Shown here piece after piece: positions 11,070 to 22,298 of a stretch of DNA of 64,000 nt (position 1 is its first letter; each line of letters starts with the position of its first letter). The stretch is from Lepidodermella squamata. Taxonomy: Eukaryota; Animalia; Gastrotricha. The translations under genes were made by a program, and so were the position numbers. The stretch spans positions 248,001 to 312,000 of the forward strand of contig JBLDXI010000042.1 of NCBI GenBank assembly GCA_047495785.1. Reading direction: 5' to 3'. The notes under the pieces are model-generated. The model was given only the letters and a program-made list of their open reading frames with translations. It did no database searches and was not told where the DNA came from.

Positions 11070-12275
11070 TTAAGCAGGGGCTACAAGCGAGCGATTAACA
11101 AATCTGTAGTATTTCCGCTGAAGCCATTCCATAATCGGTTTTGTCCAGCCGGGCTTGATCATGAGCACGCAATTTCCAACAACCATTTCCAAAATAATAC
11201 AATACGGCGATACTTTTCCCAAAATTGGATCGACCAATTGCAGCCCGAAATCATACCAAAAATGCTCCATGACAAACGCGAATAGCGCTGGAATGTGGAA
11301 TGTTACGTAGATGAAGAAAACAGCTACAGATTGCTGGGCGAAGAACACCTCACGAGCCCGCCATTCCGCTAGCTTTTCCGCCAGAGATTTCTGCTGCAAG
11401 TTCGAAGAAGCATCACTTTTTTTAGACGGAGCCGATCCACTCGTGTTCGAGCCAACCATTTGCTTCTTAGCCCGCCTGATACAATCGTAGATTTTGTAGT
11501 AGTTCATAGCTAGAAATGAGGCTGGGATGTAAACTGCAGCGGCGTAGTACATCATTAGGATAAAGCCCGAGTCCAAATTGCCGACCAAACGGAAGTGATA
11601 CGGTCCGCAGACCCAGGCGACCCGGCCATCAGGGAATGACAATAATTCCCTTCGCCATGACGCATGAGGCCACAGACCGATGAAAACAGGGGTGATAATG
11701 CAAGCTACAACCATTCCCGCCACCATTCCTAATAGCTTCTTGGTATTAGCTCGGTAGTTAGGGCTGTTTGATAGGATGCAAAGCCGGCGTTCGTAGGAAA
11801 TCAGCATTTTCGTGAAAGTACCGAATGCGCCTGTAGCGTAGAGCAGCCAATAAACCCCTTCGCAAGTCCGGTCGCCCAGATCCCAGGATCCTGTATTTAG
11901 GGTCATCAATAGCCCTACAGTGTGGTCACAAGCGAAGAGAATGTTTCGAACTCCATCGATTGCGACCAGCATTAGCAGCTCCCGTTTCACCCCGCGTTTG
12001 TAGTAGATGTAGCAGCTCAATGTAGTAGTGAATATCACGATTATCGAAGTGATGAGGTATAGCAGAACCCACGATAGGCGGCTTTCGAAAGTTTCGAGAT
12101 AGAAGTTGTGGTACCAGCTGATGAATTGCGGTCTAGGTCCGTCGTAGCCTGCATCGGGTAGGTAAATGCTTACCCAACCATTCTCCAAAAACTTCACCGG
12201 CCTCCCAGTTCGATTCAATGCAGCGCCTCGCTGCACGGATGTCGAGTTTAGAGTAGAGTTCTGAGTTGAATTCAT
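11070..12275 (-). CDS. Orphan class A (rhodopsin-like) GPCR, intronless, 401 aa
   Basis: N-glycosylation-rich N-terminus, seven hydrophobic segments, ECL1 GSWDLGDRTC, TM3 end ISYERR (DRY-like), ECL2 Cys. Confidence 0.85.
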   Translation of the reverse strand: MNSTQNSTLNSTSVQRGAALNRTGRPVKFLENGWVSIYLPDAGYDGPRPQFISWYHNFYLETFESRLSWVLLYLITSIIVIFTTTLSCYIYYKRGVKRELLMLVAIDGVRNILFACDHTVGLLMTLNTGSWDLGDRTCEGVYWLLYATGAFGTFTKMLISYERRLCILSNSPNYRANTKKLLGMVAGMVVACIITPVFIGLWPHASWRRELLSFPDGRVAWVCGPYHFRLVGNLDSGFILMMYYAAAVYIPASFLAMNYYKIYDCIRRAKKQMVGSNTSGSAPSKKSDASSNLQQKSLAEKLAEWRAREVFFAQQSVAVFFIYVTFHIPALFAFVMEHFWYDFGLQLVDPILGKVSPYCIILEMVVGNCVLMIKPGWTKPIMEWLQRKYYRFVNRSLVAPA

Positions 12276-12874
12276 CGCTGGAAATTAAAACCTGACTGAG
12301 ATGTCTTTGACCTGCTGATCGTCAGGTCTTTCGAGGTCTAATTAGGCGTAATGCTTATCTGGTGCTACGCAAGTGTGTCTGGAGCACTGGCTAACTTGAG
12401 CTGAGAAAAATCCATTTCTTGATTAGCTATACCTAACCTAAATAACAGTATTGGCATTGATTTTACAAAAACAGCCTCTCACGAAAATTGTCGGAGAAAT
12501 AAAAAGAAACGGAAACATCTTGCTTTCAGATTGGATAAGGTGAACTCGAATGGTCGACTCAATTTCGAAAATGCAGTGTTCATAAAACAAGAACCTGGAT
12601 TCTTTTGAACTAAAAAATCGAGTCTCACGCCAATCGAAATTTGTCTATTCTCCGCGAGACTTTGGCGATGATCGATAACTAATTGATCTGCGGAGTCTCA
12701 GGATTAAGGCTGTTTTCCCAATCAGTTTGAAAGTCGCTCCTCTGAGCCCTGATAAACGCTGACTCGGGGCTCGGATATCCTGCTTTATACCTCAAAGGTC
12801 CATAAAGAAAATCATTCAGTCTCGAAAATAGTTGCTATATATTTTTTATTTGATATTCTGGTAACATCACGGGG

Positions 12875-14849
12875 TCACGAAAAATTGATTCGCCAGCGGC
12901 CGAATTTTTTAACAGGCGGATGTTTGAACGTGAAGATTGAATTTTTGGAAAAGCTCGCAAGCGCTGACGTCAGAATGACAATCGGGCATATGACGGCAAT
13001 TACCGGTATGAGCTCTGCGCGGAAGCACGTCGATTTCTTGTCGCCACTACCGCAAACCACGCCGCTGTGATGGATAATCTCGAACATGCAGAAACCGAAT
13101 AGAATCGTCGCAACGGCTAGCACAGCACACCAACTTCGCAAATAGCACGAATACTGCAAGCGCATGCGGAAGTTGTAGAAAATGTGGCAATTGTACGACA
13201 GCTGGCAGTAGTCGCACGTCAAATACGGCCAGTCTAATCGATCGGTTAGGCTTAGTTTATCTCGTAACAGCCGTTCGAAGCATAGGTGGTGAACGAAGCC
13301 TTCACATCCGCAAAAGTCTGAGTACACTGGGGCGATCTTGCTTTCGCCTAGGAAGCGGTGCCTACGGCATAGGCTGCATGTTGGTTCGGATTTTTCGTAG
13401 ACTATGTTAAGTCCGACTTCGAGGTGCTGCGATACGTTTCGGTGGAATTTGAAGACGCGACGGCGGGCTAGCAGGGCGCTGAAAAGAATGATTAGCATTA
13501 CGAACCAGATTAGGCCGAGGAATGCGACTAGACCACTGAAAATAGCTCCTGAATTGCAGTCATGGCACCAGGGTATCCAAGAGTGGTGGAAAGCGTGGTA
13601 TCGGAAGATGAGGGCGACTTGAACTGAGGCAGGTATGAGGATCAGTGTCGTGAGGACGAAGATGATGCAGAAAATGTGGCGTAGTGCTGAGTTGGATGGC
13701 CAGCATCCTTGGAACCAGTTGACGTTTCGCCAGAAAAAGTCACTAAATTAGGAATAATTATAAAATTTCTTAGAATTTGGATAACAAATTCGAAATTATT
13801 CCTTATATCACATAAGGAATTACGCTTGTATTTGATTTTAATCTGAAAAAAACAAAAATCCCCAGTTTCGAATTTGGAGAGTTGAAGTTAAAATAAATCC
13901 TGTTTTCCATTCAGTTGATAGCTTTTGATTGGATGCCACAAAGACACAGCAACAAGTATCGGCTCAATAGTCAATAGCCAACTATTTACAACTATTTCTG
14001 GACATTCCTTTCTCTTAAATCTCATGATCGAATTTAGAGAAAACGTCGCTGCGAGCCAAATACTTATCGGGTGTGAAATATGATTATCTCATTTGTCGGG
14101 GATTTTAGCAAAACGCGATACCCCAGGGAATTATCCCCCAGTTTTAATGTTCATAGCGCAAATCGATATCATTCATAGTTATTTCTGAAGCGGGAAATCA
14201 AATTGTCTGAAATTCGAAGATTTTTTAAATTTCACTATTTCGAGTGATACGGTACTTTTTGAGGTTAAAGTTATCGAAATAACGATTCCACTACAGGATT
14301 TATGATATCTTGGTCCCTTACAATTTATCGATAAAAATCCCAGATTTTTCAAATCGCCGTTGATAGATATAAATAGAAATCGCATAAAAATTTCAGATTT
14401 ATTTGAGGATAGAAATTTTGGGCAGCGGGTTAAGTTGAGCCCTAATACTTCGTAGTTTGAGGGTTGAGAAACTCTGTTTTCATGCTTAGCATTGGGATTA
14501 CTGAAAAAATAACTCAACATGCAGCTGTAATTCAGGCTTTTTACCTATTGAAAGGCCGATTGCATTTCGGGCAGCAAATTCTGTTGTAAATATCAACCGT
14601 GAGTTCATCCTTTTGCCGCCGCAGATACTTGTCGAAACACGGAGCGTGGACGTAACTCTGCGCTGCCGGGCACAAGCAAACATTGCCGAACAGCGGAACA
14701 GTGTGAGTCCTGCGGAGAAAAACGAGGAACGACGTCTCATACTGGTAGACGCCGTGGCCACAAAGGCGGCACCGCGGCTCCGCGGCCTCGGCCATTTCGA
14801 CTGCACCCAGCAGCGCTGTGTGGCCTGTTCTGGCTAGCGCTGAAATCAT
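12875..14849 (-). CDS. MARCH-like membrane E3 ligase with two RING-CH (C4HC3) + 2-TM modules (~390 aa)
   Basis: Exon 1 14849-14545 (CRLC..CLC..VHAPC..CPKC). Intron 14544-13743 (gtaaaa..tttag, phase 2). Exon 2 13742-12875 is open: 2 TM, then CSLC..CGC..VHHLC..CDYC, then 2 TM. Start could be the later Met (MAEAAEP). Confidence 0.7.
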
Positions 14850-15077
14850 GACGGCGCAAAATGCTTATACTGCAGTGATATTGCAGTATAATAAAAAGTC
14901 TGATAATACACGCATACTCAATCACTCACGCGCGAGTGATAACAAGACTGATCGCGCTTCATTTTATTGCATACTTGGATATATAGCATGACCGCCACCA
15001 CCAATTATCATTATACCAGACACATAAGTGCCGTGTTTGTTTTTCGCCCTCAACAAATTCGATGTTGCTGCTTTTTT

Positions 15078-16701
15078 TTACAAACTGAAGCGATCGGAGA
15101 AAAATTTGCGCATTCGGTCCAGGAAATAAGGACGGCCTCCGTTTGATTTCTTTGATTCAACAGCCTGGTTTTTGGTTGATGATGGCTTTTGATTAGATTT
15201 GCCAGAATTAGGTCGGGTCACCTTGGACATTCGCGAGTTTGTATTTTTCGCTTGTTTGACGGTCTTCTGAGGCTGCTTAGCTCTACCTACATTTTTCTTG
15301 CCATTTTTACCCCCTTGTGAAACTGGTTTCACGGCCTTTTTCGGGTATTTGGTCGCCTCTTTCTTTGGCTTTGAAAGTTTTGCCGGGGTTTGCTTCGATT
15401 TAACTTTTTTCACCGGTTCCGCTTTCGCAACTTTCTGGGTCTTTGGTTTAACAGTAGAGGTTTGCGGTTTGATGGGAACCGCGGCAACGGGCTTGGCTTG
15501 GGCTGCCTTGTTAGTTTTCTTCGCAGTTGGGTTGAACTTGACATCGATATGGGGCGGCGTTTTCTCGAAAGTATAGGTATAACCGTCTCCATTGGAATAC
15601 TGCTCATCGCCATTGCTCAACTTGCCAATGTATTTGAACTGATTTTTCACGAGCTTTTCCAATCCAGGATTTTGTGACAGGCTGTAGTCAATTTTGTACC
15701 CGGTTGCGTGGGAATATTCGCCGGATTTATGCCCGATTTCAGTGCCGCCGGTTACAACCAAGGTTCGGCCGTAGAGCTGGCGTAGATTTATAGCTGATTG
15801 AACAACTTCAGGCCGCATGCCGTCCAGAGACGTGCACCGCTTGTTAGTTTTATCATTACAATTGCCACTGCTGCTTAGTTTGATACCTTGAAATCAAAAT
15901 GGACACTAGATTTTAGTGAGTTGATAGGTCTCTAAGGAAAATTCAAAATTTATCGATTTTCGACATTTTAGAAGAAAAATTCTTCGAATTTCCGTTTCCT
16001 TTTTTTATTAGCTAAGAGCTAAGAAATGAAGTTTTTAGGATTTTAGATAACGAGAGGATTTGTCTATTTTTTCACGATTTTCTATGTTTTTTTCTAAATT
16101 TACTAAAATATCAGACAAAAAAAGCAAATTAATCTTATAATTTCCGTTGTTCTTCAAAAAATCATAACTTGCCATTTTGTCGAAAAATTTCGTAATTATT
16201 TGAATTTCCCTTTGTTGGAGGTTTCGGCGCAGTTTGAGGGCTTGACACTGGCTTTGCTGGGCTTTGGATAGCGTAAGGCGTTGCAGCCATGCGAGATTGT
16301 ACTTTCGCCCAGTATTTAACGGTAGATTCTGCTCTACAACCTCGCGGGCCTCCGTTGTGGATCCTCGCGAAATCCTGACAAGTCGGCTGGCGATCACTGC
16401 CAACACACCGCTGAGCGTATCGTTTCATATAGTTTTGCACGCATCGCTCGCTGCACTGCATTGAAGCGGCGCATTTCTTCCAGTCTGGATCGACCCCACC
16501 GCCGGGCAGACAGTCTTTATGGTAGTCTTCCTTGATTTGATACGGCCCGCATGACAGCGAATTGACATCATATTTACAACCGGTTTGAGCCGCGTTGCAG
16601 CCGCTTTCTTGAACGCAGATGGCCTTCAGGCAAGAGCCATCAACATCGGCATTTGCTATGGCTAAAATAGCTGATAAAATTATCGAAAAAATCCAGACCA
16701 T
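15078..16701 (-). CDS. Secreted i-type lysozyme (destabilase-like) fused to an M15/LAS-like Zn-peptidase domain and a Lys-rich tail (~445 aa)
   Basis: Exon 1 16701-16173: signal peptide, CLKAICVQESGC, SLSCGPYQIK, FARIHNGGPRGC. GC-AG intron 16172-15887 (gcaagt..ttcaag, phase 1). Exon 2 15886-15078: GIKLSSSGNCND..CTSLDG..VTGGTEIGH..SHATGYKID..PHID. Both domains are well supported; the fusion depends on the GC donor. Confidence 0.72.
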
Positions 16702-16971
16702 GTTGATATGGGAAAATAATATTGTAAATTCTCGCAGCTGCGGGCAATTTTCAAAGGGGCGTGGGTGTTTAGCCATATTTTTGTCCTTCCCACGAATTTT
16801 AACAGCTACATATACAACTTTATCACGGCACCTGAAGTCTCTCAGCTTACAAAAAGAAGAATAATCATGAAAATAACGCATTTACAAACATTCTTTTTTA
16901 TTTGATAAAAACGGTACTTGTGCTATATTTCAATGCTAATATTTGTGAATCTGTCAAGTGAAAGTGGGTAA

Positions 16972-17541
16972 TTATAATTGAGAGACTAAAATGGAAGCTT
17001 TTGCTGTAGCAGATTCAAAATTTCGTCTATCCAGCTTTTTCACGTCTTTATGAAGAGTTAAAATAGGAAGGTTGCCACATAGTCCTGGTAAGAAGGCGCA
17101 ATTCGCAAAAAATGTGAAAGCGCATTGAAATACAATGATAATCAAGGAAAAAATGCAGAGAAATAGCTCAGGTGATATGGGGAAAAAGTTGCCCGAACTT
17201 GACACACAGCAATATGAGTACAGCGTATAAACTGAAGGAGCGAGGATGATATTAGCGATCAGCAACAGTAAAGCCGATTTTGAATGAAAAAAACGAACAG
17301 GTAAAGTGTGAAAAATCTTGCATTTAAACGGCTGGTCACACTCTCCACAAACTGGCGGCAAATTAGATGGGTTTGATCGAATAAAATTCTCGAAGCAAAT
17401 TCGATGAATATAACAGGCTTCGCATGAACAAATGCTTTCGTATAATTCACCAGTATTAGTAGCTAAATTGCTGCCAGGTCTCATGAAAGTTTGATTCGGA
17501 CCCAACTTGCAAAATCGGCAAACAGGCTCTAAAAGGGCCAT
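16972..17541 (-). CDS. RING-CH (MARCH-like) protein with two TM segments, 189 aa
   Basis: MALLEPVCRFC..CSC..YIHRIC..CGEC followed by two hydrophobic segments; paralog at 20105-20662. Confidence 0.8.
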   Translation of the reverse strand: MALLEPVCRFCKLGPNQTFMRPGSNLATNTGELYESICSCEACYIHRICFENFIRSNPSNLPPVCGECDQPFKCKIFHTLPVRFFHSKSALLLLIANIILAPSVYTLYSYCCVSSSGNFFPISPELFLCIFSLIIIVFQCAFTFFANCAFLPGLCGNLPILTLHKDVKKLDRRNFESATAKASILVSQL

Positions 17542-18073
17542 TTGAAATAAGCTGAAAGATTGAAATTCTGTGTGGATCAGCCATCGTGCCACATTTATAG
17601 GCATGAGGTAATGCGAAAATCAATAAGCGGAACCTCGCGTAGTGTGCGTCTAGACCGTACAAAATCAAAACATGCGAGTGACCTCACGCAATGAATCATC
17701 GTCTTACGCACTTGCGCACCTGAAGTCTTGCAATAAAATGAATTATTTTATTATTTTATTATTTTATTATTTATTCGTTATCGCAAGTGCACTTTTCATG
17801 CGTATGCAATTAGCCAGCCAGGCGCCTCACTGAGGATAAAAGATATTCGTCTAAATTACATAATGTTCGCTAAAAAGATGTTCGCTAGCATAATTTGATT
17901 TCGAAAATTCATAGAAGTCGTCAAAATTGACATCATAGAAGTGGTGATATAGCTTATAAGTTAATTTCAAATCATTTTTAAAGCGACGCTTTTCCAAGGA
18001 GTCCATCCCACTAGGTTTTAATAAACACTCATAAGTAATATGGGATTAACGAGGTATATAAATGTAGGAAATA

Positions 18074-18269
18074 CGGCTGTTAACTGTGACATAAACAAGC
18101 TACAGCGAGTTTATAAGGTCGCCAGCGAAGCTGGTGCGCACCAGATGTGGCGAGCCCAGGCGAGCCACACAGTCGAGCTCTAGCGAGACTGTTTCTGGTG
18201 CGCGACAGCTTTGTTTGCTGGCGACCTTATGAATGAGCTATCGCTCGTTTTTATTACACTTAACAGCCG
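18074..18269. mobile_element. Palindromic non-autonomous element (possibly Crypton-like MITE)
   Basis: Long imperfect inverted repeat (cggctgttaa..ataaggtcgccagc / gctggcgaccttat..ttaacagccg) around a cgagcccaggcgag core; no clear TSD. Family assignment is tentative. Confidence 0.6.
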
Positions 18270-18708
18270 CATTAGCTATTTATGCGTTGCACTCGGTCTT
18301 TTCTTCTGAAAAAATTTAAATGAAAATGAAAATGATTTGAATATTTAGAAGTTTTTATATCGGATTAATCATCGGATGTGATCATAAATTAATACTGGAA
18401 ATGAACCCTTTCGAATTCCGTATCAGGGGAATTCTGATTAAATTAATAACACCACAAAAATGGTGCGATTGGCGATAAAATAATTTTATGACTAGCTACG
18501 AGATGGGAGCATTGCTTTTCTTGGCGGAAAACTTATGAATTTAATGGGTTGAACCAAAATCTTATCAATGGTAATAGGTACCTATCTACACTCTAAATAA
18601 TAATTGTAATTGTAGCAGTTAGAAAACATAGCAAAGAGCAGCTGGGACAGTTTAATTTAGTTTAAAGGAAAAACACTCTTAAACCACTATAGCAGTGTGT
18701 GTATTATG

Positions 18709-18870
18709 GCTGCGGCCGTGGTCTTGTTGGTTAGATCGCAGCAGTCCAACGCAAGGATGCAGGTTCGACTCTCAGTAAGCACTTTCATTTGATGAAATCT
18801 TTCTTTTCAGATCGCCAACTGACCGTATAAACTCGGCCCATGCAAAAGCATTGGGAGTTTATAAGGCGTC
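18709..18870 (+). mobile_element. tRNA-derived SINE-like element
   Basis: A-box-like tggtcttgttgg and B-box ggttcgactc at tRNA spacing; no complete cloverleaf; nested in the LINE. Confidence 0.5.
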
Positions 18871-19091
18871 CTGCCTAGCTAGCAGCCGTATAAACTCGAC
18901 CTTCGAAAATATAGGGCGCGAAAAACAATGGTGAAAAGACCGAGAAAACGTATAAAAGGCTCTTTTGAGAAAATTAAATTGCAATTTTTCTAGTGATTCT
19001 ATGACCGTTAGCAAGTATGGTGAATATACGGATGAACAGTAATCGATTATAGGAAGGACATACACACGGTAGGCTTCAAGTCTGAAGGAAG

Positions 19092-19639
19092 CGTCGTCGG
19101 TGCGGCCAAAAGTAATATGTCCAAGAGTGATAATTTTGAGATAAATCGTAAAAACAGCTTTATTTTCGAAATTTTCAGTAAAATATGTCCCCGAAATGAC
19201 CAAGGGGGTAATTGATTACGGCGGATCGAATGGCGCCGGCCATTTCTACCGGTGATGCACCGTTTTTGCGCCATTGAGACATTCGTTGGACATATTACTG
19301 TTTTGTACTTTTTTGTTATTTTGTTATGGCGTTTTAACATAGGCTGGTTCGATTCCTCGTGCACACATCCATTTGTTAAGCTATTTTATGTTTAAGCGTG
19401 AAGAAAGAGAATTATTTTTCACTTGGCATCAACATCGCGCTGCTGTGGTTCGATCCCTGCTGCGTGCATCTATTTTTTCGGCGATTTTTACACGAAAGTG
19501 GACATATTACTTTTGATCCCTGGCGAATTTTGAGATGCGGTTTTCAGAATAATGACCGGCGTTAAATTCTGTGTTCGGAACTGAAAAAATCTCATTTTCG
19601 ATTTTGGATGGACATATTACTTTGGCCGCACCGACGACG
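19092..19639. mobile_element. Non-autonomous TIR element with 4-bp TSD, nested in the LINE
   Basis: TIRs cgtcgtcggtgcggccaaa(a)gtaatatgtcca; TSD gaag on both sides. Removal restores the LINE frame (RAFTNTS-FRLEAYR). Confidence 0.85.
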
Positions 19640-20104
19640 GAAGTATTAGTAAAGGCTCTACAAATCAATCCACATAGTTTAAGACATTTTGTTTTAAGAT
19701 TATCGCAGTGAACTCTGAAGTCCAATTTTTTGTCAACAACTATACCTAAATCACGAGTAAATTCAACAACGTCAATTTCATGCGAACCGATACGATAATT
19801 AAAATTGAATTTGTAGTTTAAACGTAAAACGCAACATTTTGACGAGTTAATAGAGAGACCATGTTGTTCAAACCACCTACAAATGTTATTTAGGTCTTCC
19901 TGCAGTTTCTCACAGTCATCTTGAGATTCAATAATTTTAAATAATTTCGTGTCGTCGGCGAAGTACTTGGCCAGAGAATGATAACCATGAAAATAACTTT
20001 GAGGAATTACTCCTTTACAAACATCCCTTTTTATTTGATAATAACTTTATCTGTGCTGTATATTAAAGCTAATTTTTGAAAATCAGTCAATTGAAAGTGG
20101 GTGT

Positions 20105-20662
20105 TTATTGTCGAGAGATATATTTGGAAGCTTGCGCCGAAGCAGAATCAAAATTTCGCCTATCGACTGTTTTCACATCTTCATGAAGATTCAAAATTGG
20201 AAGTTTTCGATATAAATTCGGTACAAATATTATGTTGGCGAATAATGTCAAAGCAAATGGAACTATAATGATGATGAATGCTAAAGCGCAGGGCACAAGT
20301 TGATGCCATGATGCCACACAGCAGAAATAGAACGACGTAACTACTAAAGGAAGGAGCAGGAAATTAGCAAACAGCAAGATTCGTGCCGATTTTGAATTCA
20401 ATAACCGAGCTATAACATTGTGGAGAATCTTGCATTTGAATGGCGTATTGCAGTCTCCACATATCGGAGGCAAGTTACCGCGATCTGATGCGTTTGATCG
20501 TATAAAATTCTCAAAGCAATCTCGATGAATGTAATTGGCTTCGCATGAACATATGTTTTTATATAATTCACCAGTGTTACTAGCTATGCTGCTGCCAGGT
20601 CTCATGAAAGTTTGATTAGGACCCAACTTGCAAAATCGGCAAACAGGCTCTAAAAGGGCCAT
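20105..20662 (-). CDS. RING-CH (MARCH-like) protein with two TM segments, 185 aa (duplicate of 16972-17541)
   Basis: Same C4HC3 pattern; flanks 19981-20848 align with 16861-17716. Confidence 0.8.
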   Translation of the reverse strand: MALLEPVCRFCKLGPNQTFMRPGSSIASNTGELYKNICSCEANYIHRDCFENFIRSNASDRGNLPPICGDCNTPFKCKILHNVIARLLNSKSARILLFANFLLLPLVVTSFYFCCVASWHQLVPCALAFIIIIVPFALTLFANIIFVPNLYRKLPILNLHEDVKTVDRRNFDSASAQASKYISRQ

Positions 20663-21022
20663 TTGAAATGAGATACAAATATGAAATTATGTGCGGATCA
20701 GCCATCGTGACACATTTATAGGCATGAAGTAATGCGAAAATCGATAAGCGGAACCTCGCGTAGTGTGCGCCTAGACCGTACATAATCAAAACAGACTATG
20801 CGAGTGACCTCACGCGATGAATCATCGGAATGCGTCTTACGCACTCTCGCGTGAAAAAATTGTCAAGTATGCTTTCAGCAATCAGCCAGCAATTAAAGCG
20901 ATGAATTTTAATAATTTATTATATCAAGGCCAATCAAGGCCGTGCAAATTTCTCCTCGGGCTCAATTGCTGGTTCATTTGCGAGACATACAACGGATTTT
21001 TCTCACTAAATTGTCTTGAAAC

Positions 21023-22099
21023 ATGACGACAGTTTTAACAAGAAATCTTGTACCGATCCAGCCAGTTTCGCAACGGGGCAAAAAGTCACCCGAAAGTTAC
21101 TTGGAGGAGGGTAGGCCAAGACATTTCTTATACTCATTTTTGCCTCACTTTATCCAATTTTAGCCCGCCAAGTTGTTGCTTTGCTGTACAGCGCTTCTCG
21201 GGGCGATGTAAATGCCCTGCGAGATCTGAAATCAAAAGGCTACAACATGGGGAAAGCTGACTATGACGGCCGGACTTCACTACACGTGAGTGCGGCGGAG
21301 GGACATATTGAGGTTGTGCGGTACCTGGTTGACGAGTGCCATTTGAATCCGTTCCCGCGGGACCGTTGGAATTTTACGCCTCTGGACGATGCAGAGAAAT
21401 TCGAACGGGCTGAGGTTGTGGAATTTTTGAAACTTCGAGCTGCTCATGGATCAGTCGAAGAAACAAACGAAGGTAACTTATATTGTGTAATCTTAACACT
21501 TAAATTATTAATTTTTTAAATAGCCGAAATAATAAAAAAATTCAAGAAATTACTTAATAGCTCAATTTTTAAACCAAATTTTAATTTCATTATTTATTCA
21601 TAAAATTTCTCACTTTAAGCAAATTATTCTAGCCTTATGATTTTTCGTTTTTTCAGATACTAAAGTAGTAGCTGTACTGTTTGCTGCCTCGAAGGGTGAC
21701 ACAACAGCTTTGAACCAATTTATTGGCAAAGGCTACGACATAACGAAAGCAGACTATGATGGGCGAACAGCTCTTCACCTGGCAGCTGCCGAGGGCCATT
21801 TGGATACCGTGAAGTTCCTAATTGAAGAGTTTCGCGTTGAAAGGACTCTAAAGGATCGATGGGGGTTCACAGCTTTGGATGATTCGGTGAAATTTGGCCG
21901 TCGTGAGGTGGCTGCTTATCTTCATGGGAAAGAGCCAATGGCTAAGCTGAGTTCGTCTCATCCACCCGAAGGCGAGATCACTATGGAAATCATCGAGAAA
22001 GTAATTCCGATTGAAGCTGAGCCGATTGAAATTGCAGCTAAGACTGAATCACCCGCAATCGCCGAGGAGCCTCAGAGCGAGAAATTAGCTGATGAATGA
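21023..22099 (+). CDS. Stand-alone protein of two glutaminase-type ankyrin modules (~279 aa)
   Basis: Exons 21023-21110, 21164-21472 and 21657-22099 are all phase-compatible GT-AG. Each module has ADYDGRT(S/A)LH.(S/A)AAEGH..DRW.FT.LDD, the signature of the glutaminase C-terminal ankyrin region. No catalytic domain is visible. Confidence 0.7.
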
Positions 22100-22298
22100 G
22101 GGAGTATGTTCAACTTCATCTAGATCCTGGGACATCAAAGAATTCTAGACGCCCGAATAATCTGATTTAGTCTGACATTAGGTTAGGAAATTATGCCTTC
22201 ACTGCACTTCAGCTGTAAAACCATGAGTAAATTTGTCCTTGGAGAATTAATGTGAAATTTTGTTAAATCTAATACGGCTTCAAAATAAAGGATTCGAA

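Larger units (their letters stand above)
17742..19985 (-). mobile_element. 5'-truncated CR1/L2-like LINE with nested insertions
   Basis: RT C-terminal motifs on the minus strand: FADDTKL, LQEDLN, RDLGIVVD (19650-19965) and YVLPIIDYCSSVYSP (18950-19080). AT-rich microsatellite tail at ~17742-17775. Confidence 0.75.

Noticed and set aside
18709-18785. Functional tRNA gene
   Set aside because: A and B boxes are present but the acceptor and anticodon stems do not pair convincingly; treated as a SINE head.
21181-22099. Glutaminase (GLS) gene call
   Set aside because: Only ankyrin modules are present and no catalytic domain is seen, so no symbol is assigned.
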